Assembly: GCF_001194135.2 (NCBI RefSeq)
Contig: NC_069005.1
Location: forward strand, 19,719,321-19,783,090
Source of the DNA: Octopus bimaculoides
Lineage: Eukaryota
DNA length: 63,770 bases
Direction of reading: 5' to 3'
Below, one piece after another: positions 62,561 to 63,770 of this stretch; position 1 is the stretch's first letter; each line of letters opens with the position of its first letter. The notes beneath the pieces are model-generated. The model was given only the letters and a program-made list of their open reading frames with translations, had not been told where the DNA came from and ran no database searches. The position numbers were made by a program, and so were the translations under genes.

Positions 62561-63604
62561 TAACTCTGGGCCATATGAGTCCTCAGGCTCAAGACAGACT
62601 TGAGTCTTAAAAATAACTACAAAAAATCCCCTGCAAAACAATGTCTCAATTGTGTATATGTGTATATTCATCTAACCCATGCTGGTTAGGGAGAAAATGG
62701 ATGTAAATCAAAGAAAAAAAAAAAAACGAGCATTTTTACAACTTTCTCAATTTGAGGGCAACTTTTCTCCCATCAACCTCTGAGACCTTGAAAAAGATTA
62801 CGAGGACTGCCTTCTTTCATTAACTCAGAAAATCCAACCCCNNNNNNNNNNNNNNNNNNNNNNNNNNNNNNNNNNNNNNNNNNNNNNNNNNNNNNNNNNN
62901 NNNNNNNNNNNNNNNNNNNNNNNNNNNNNNNNNNNNNNNNNNNNNNNNNNNNNNNNNNNNNNNNNNNNNNNNNNNNNNNNNNNNNNNNNNNNNNNNNNNN
63001 NNNNNNNNNNNNNNNNNNNNNNNNNNNNNNNNNNNNNNNNNNNNNNNNNNNNNNNNNNNNNNNNNNNNNNNNNNNNNNNNNNNNNNNNNNNNNNNNNNNN
63101 NNNNNNNNNNNNNNNNNNNNNNNNNNNNNNNNNNNNNNNNNNNNNNNNNNNNNNNNNNNNNNNNNNNNNNNNNNNNNNNNNNNNNNNNNNNNNNNNNNNN
63201 NNNNNNNNNNNNNNNNNNNNNNNNNNNNNNNNNNNNNNNNNNNNNNNNNNNNNNNNNNNNNNNNNNNNNNNNNNNNNNNNNNNNNNNNNNNNNNNNNNNN
63301 NNNNNNNNNNNNNNNNNNNNNNNNNNNNNNNNNNNNNNNNNNNNNNNNNNNNNNNNNNNNNNNNNNNNNNNNNNNNNNNNNGGTGGTGGTGGTAAGGTGG
63401 CAGGGTAGGGCGAGGAGGTTCATTGGCTGACGATCAACTGTTAGTGTAATAAAACTTTTGGCAATCCTCCCTTTTTTCTGTCTTGATGACGAGACCCGGG
63501 TTTGTCTTTTTGGCTATTTTGATCGACCAAGAATTTGAAGGGTGGTGGACATAGGCATATGTGGTGGTGCAGTTTTACACTTGTTTCAGCCCCTCTTTTC
63601 ACTC

Positions 63605-63701
63605 ACTCTCATCCTCTCTCTCTCTCTCTCTCTCGCTCATCCTTTCTCTCTCTCTCGCTCATCCTTTCTCTCTCTCTCTCATCCTTTCTCTCTCTCTCTC
63701 T

Positions 63702-63770
<69 letters not shown>
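63605..63770 (+). repeat. (CT)n microsatellite with compound units
   Basis: Direct reading of the sequence. Confidence 0.95.

Overview
Eukaryotic, AT-rich, microsatellite-dense draft-assembly DNA with 21 N-gaps (about 11 kb by my count). The SINE and microsatellite landscape looks like an octopus (coleoid cephalopod) genome; this is inference from repeat recognition, not a search result. I found no host protein-coding gene I can support. Nearly all long ORFs in the track are N-runs or microsatellite translations, and the real protein signal is transposon-derived: three mariner relics, a Tc1-like deletion derivative, four RTE LINE fragments, a Tx1/L1 LINE, and an R4/Dong-type endonuclease end sitting in (TAA)n. 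Several modular tRNA-type SINE families (A-E are my working labels), TTAA-flanked piggyBac-like MITEs and Penelope-like fragments with decayed hammerhead cores fill most of the rest. The most unusual object is an 833-bp foldback element (32217-33049) with GG-terminal inverted repeats and an exact 8-bp target duplication, carrying head-to-head telomere-like (TTAGGG)n/(CCCTAA)n arrays and splitting a SINE. Also notable are a roughly 700-bp diverged inverted repeat at 61.5-62.2 kb and several nested insertion stacks. SINE boundaries are approximate.
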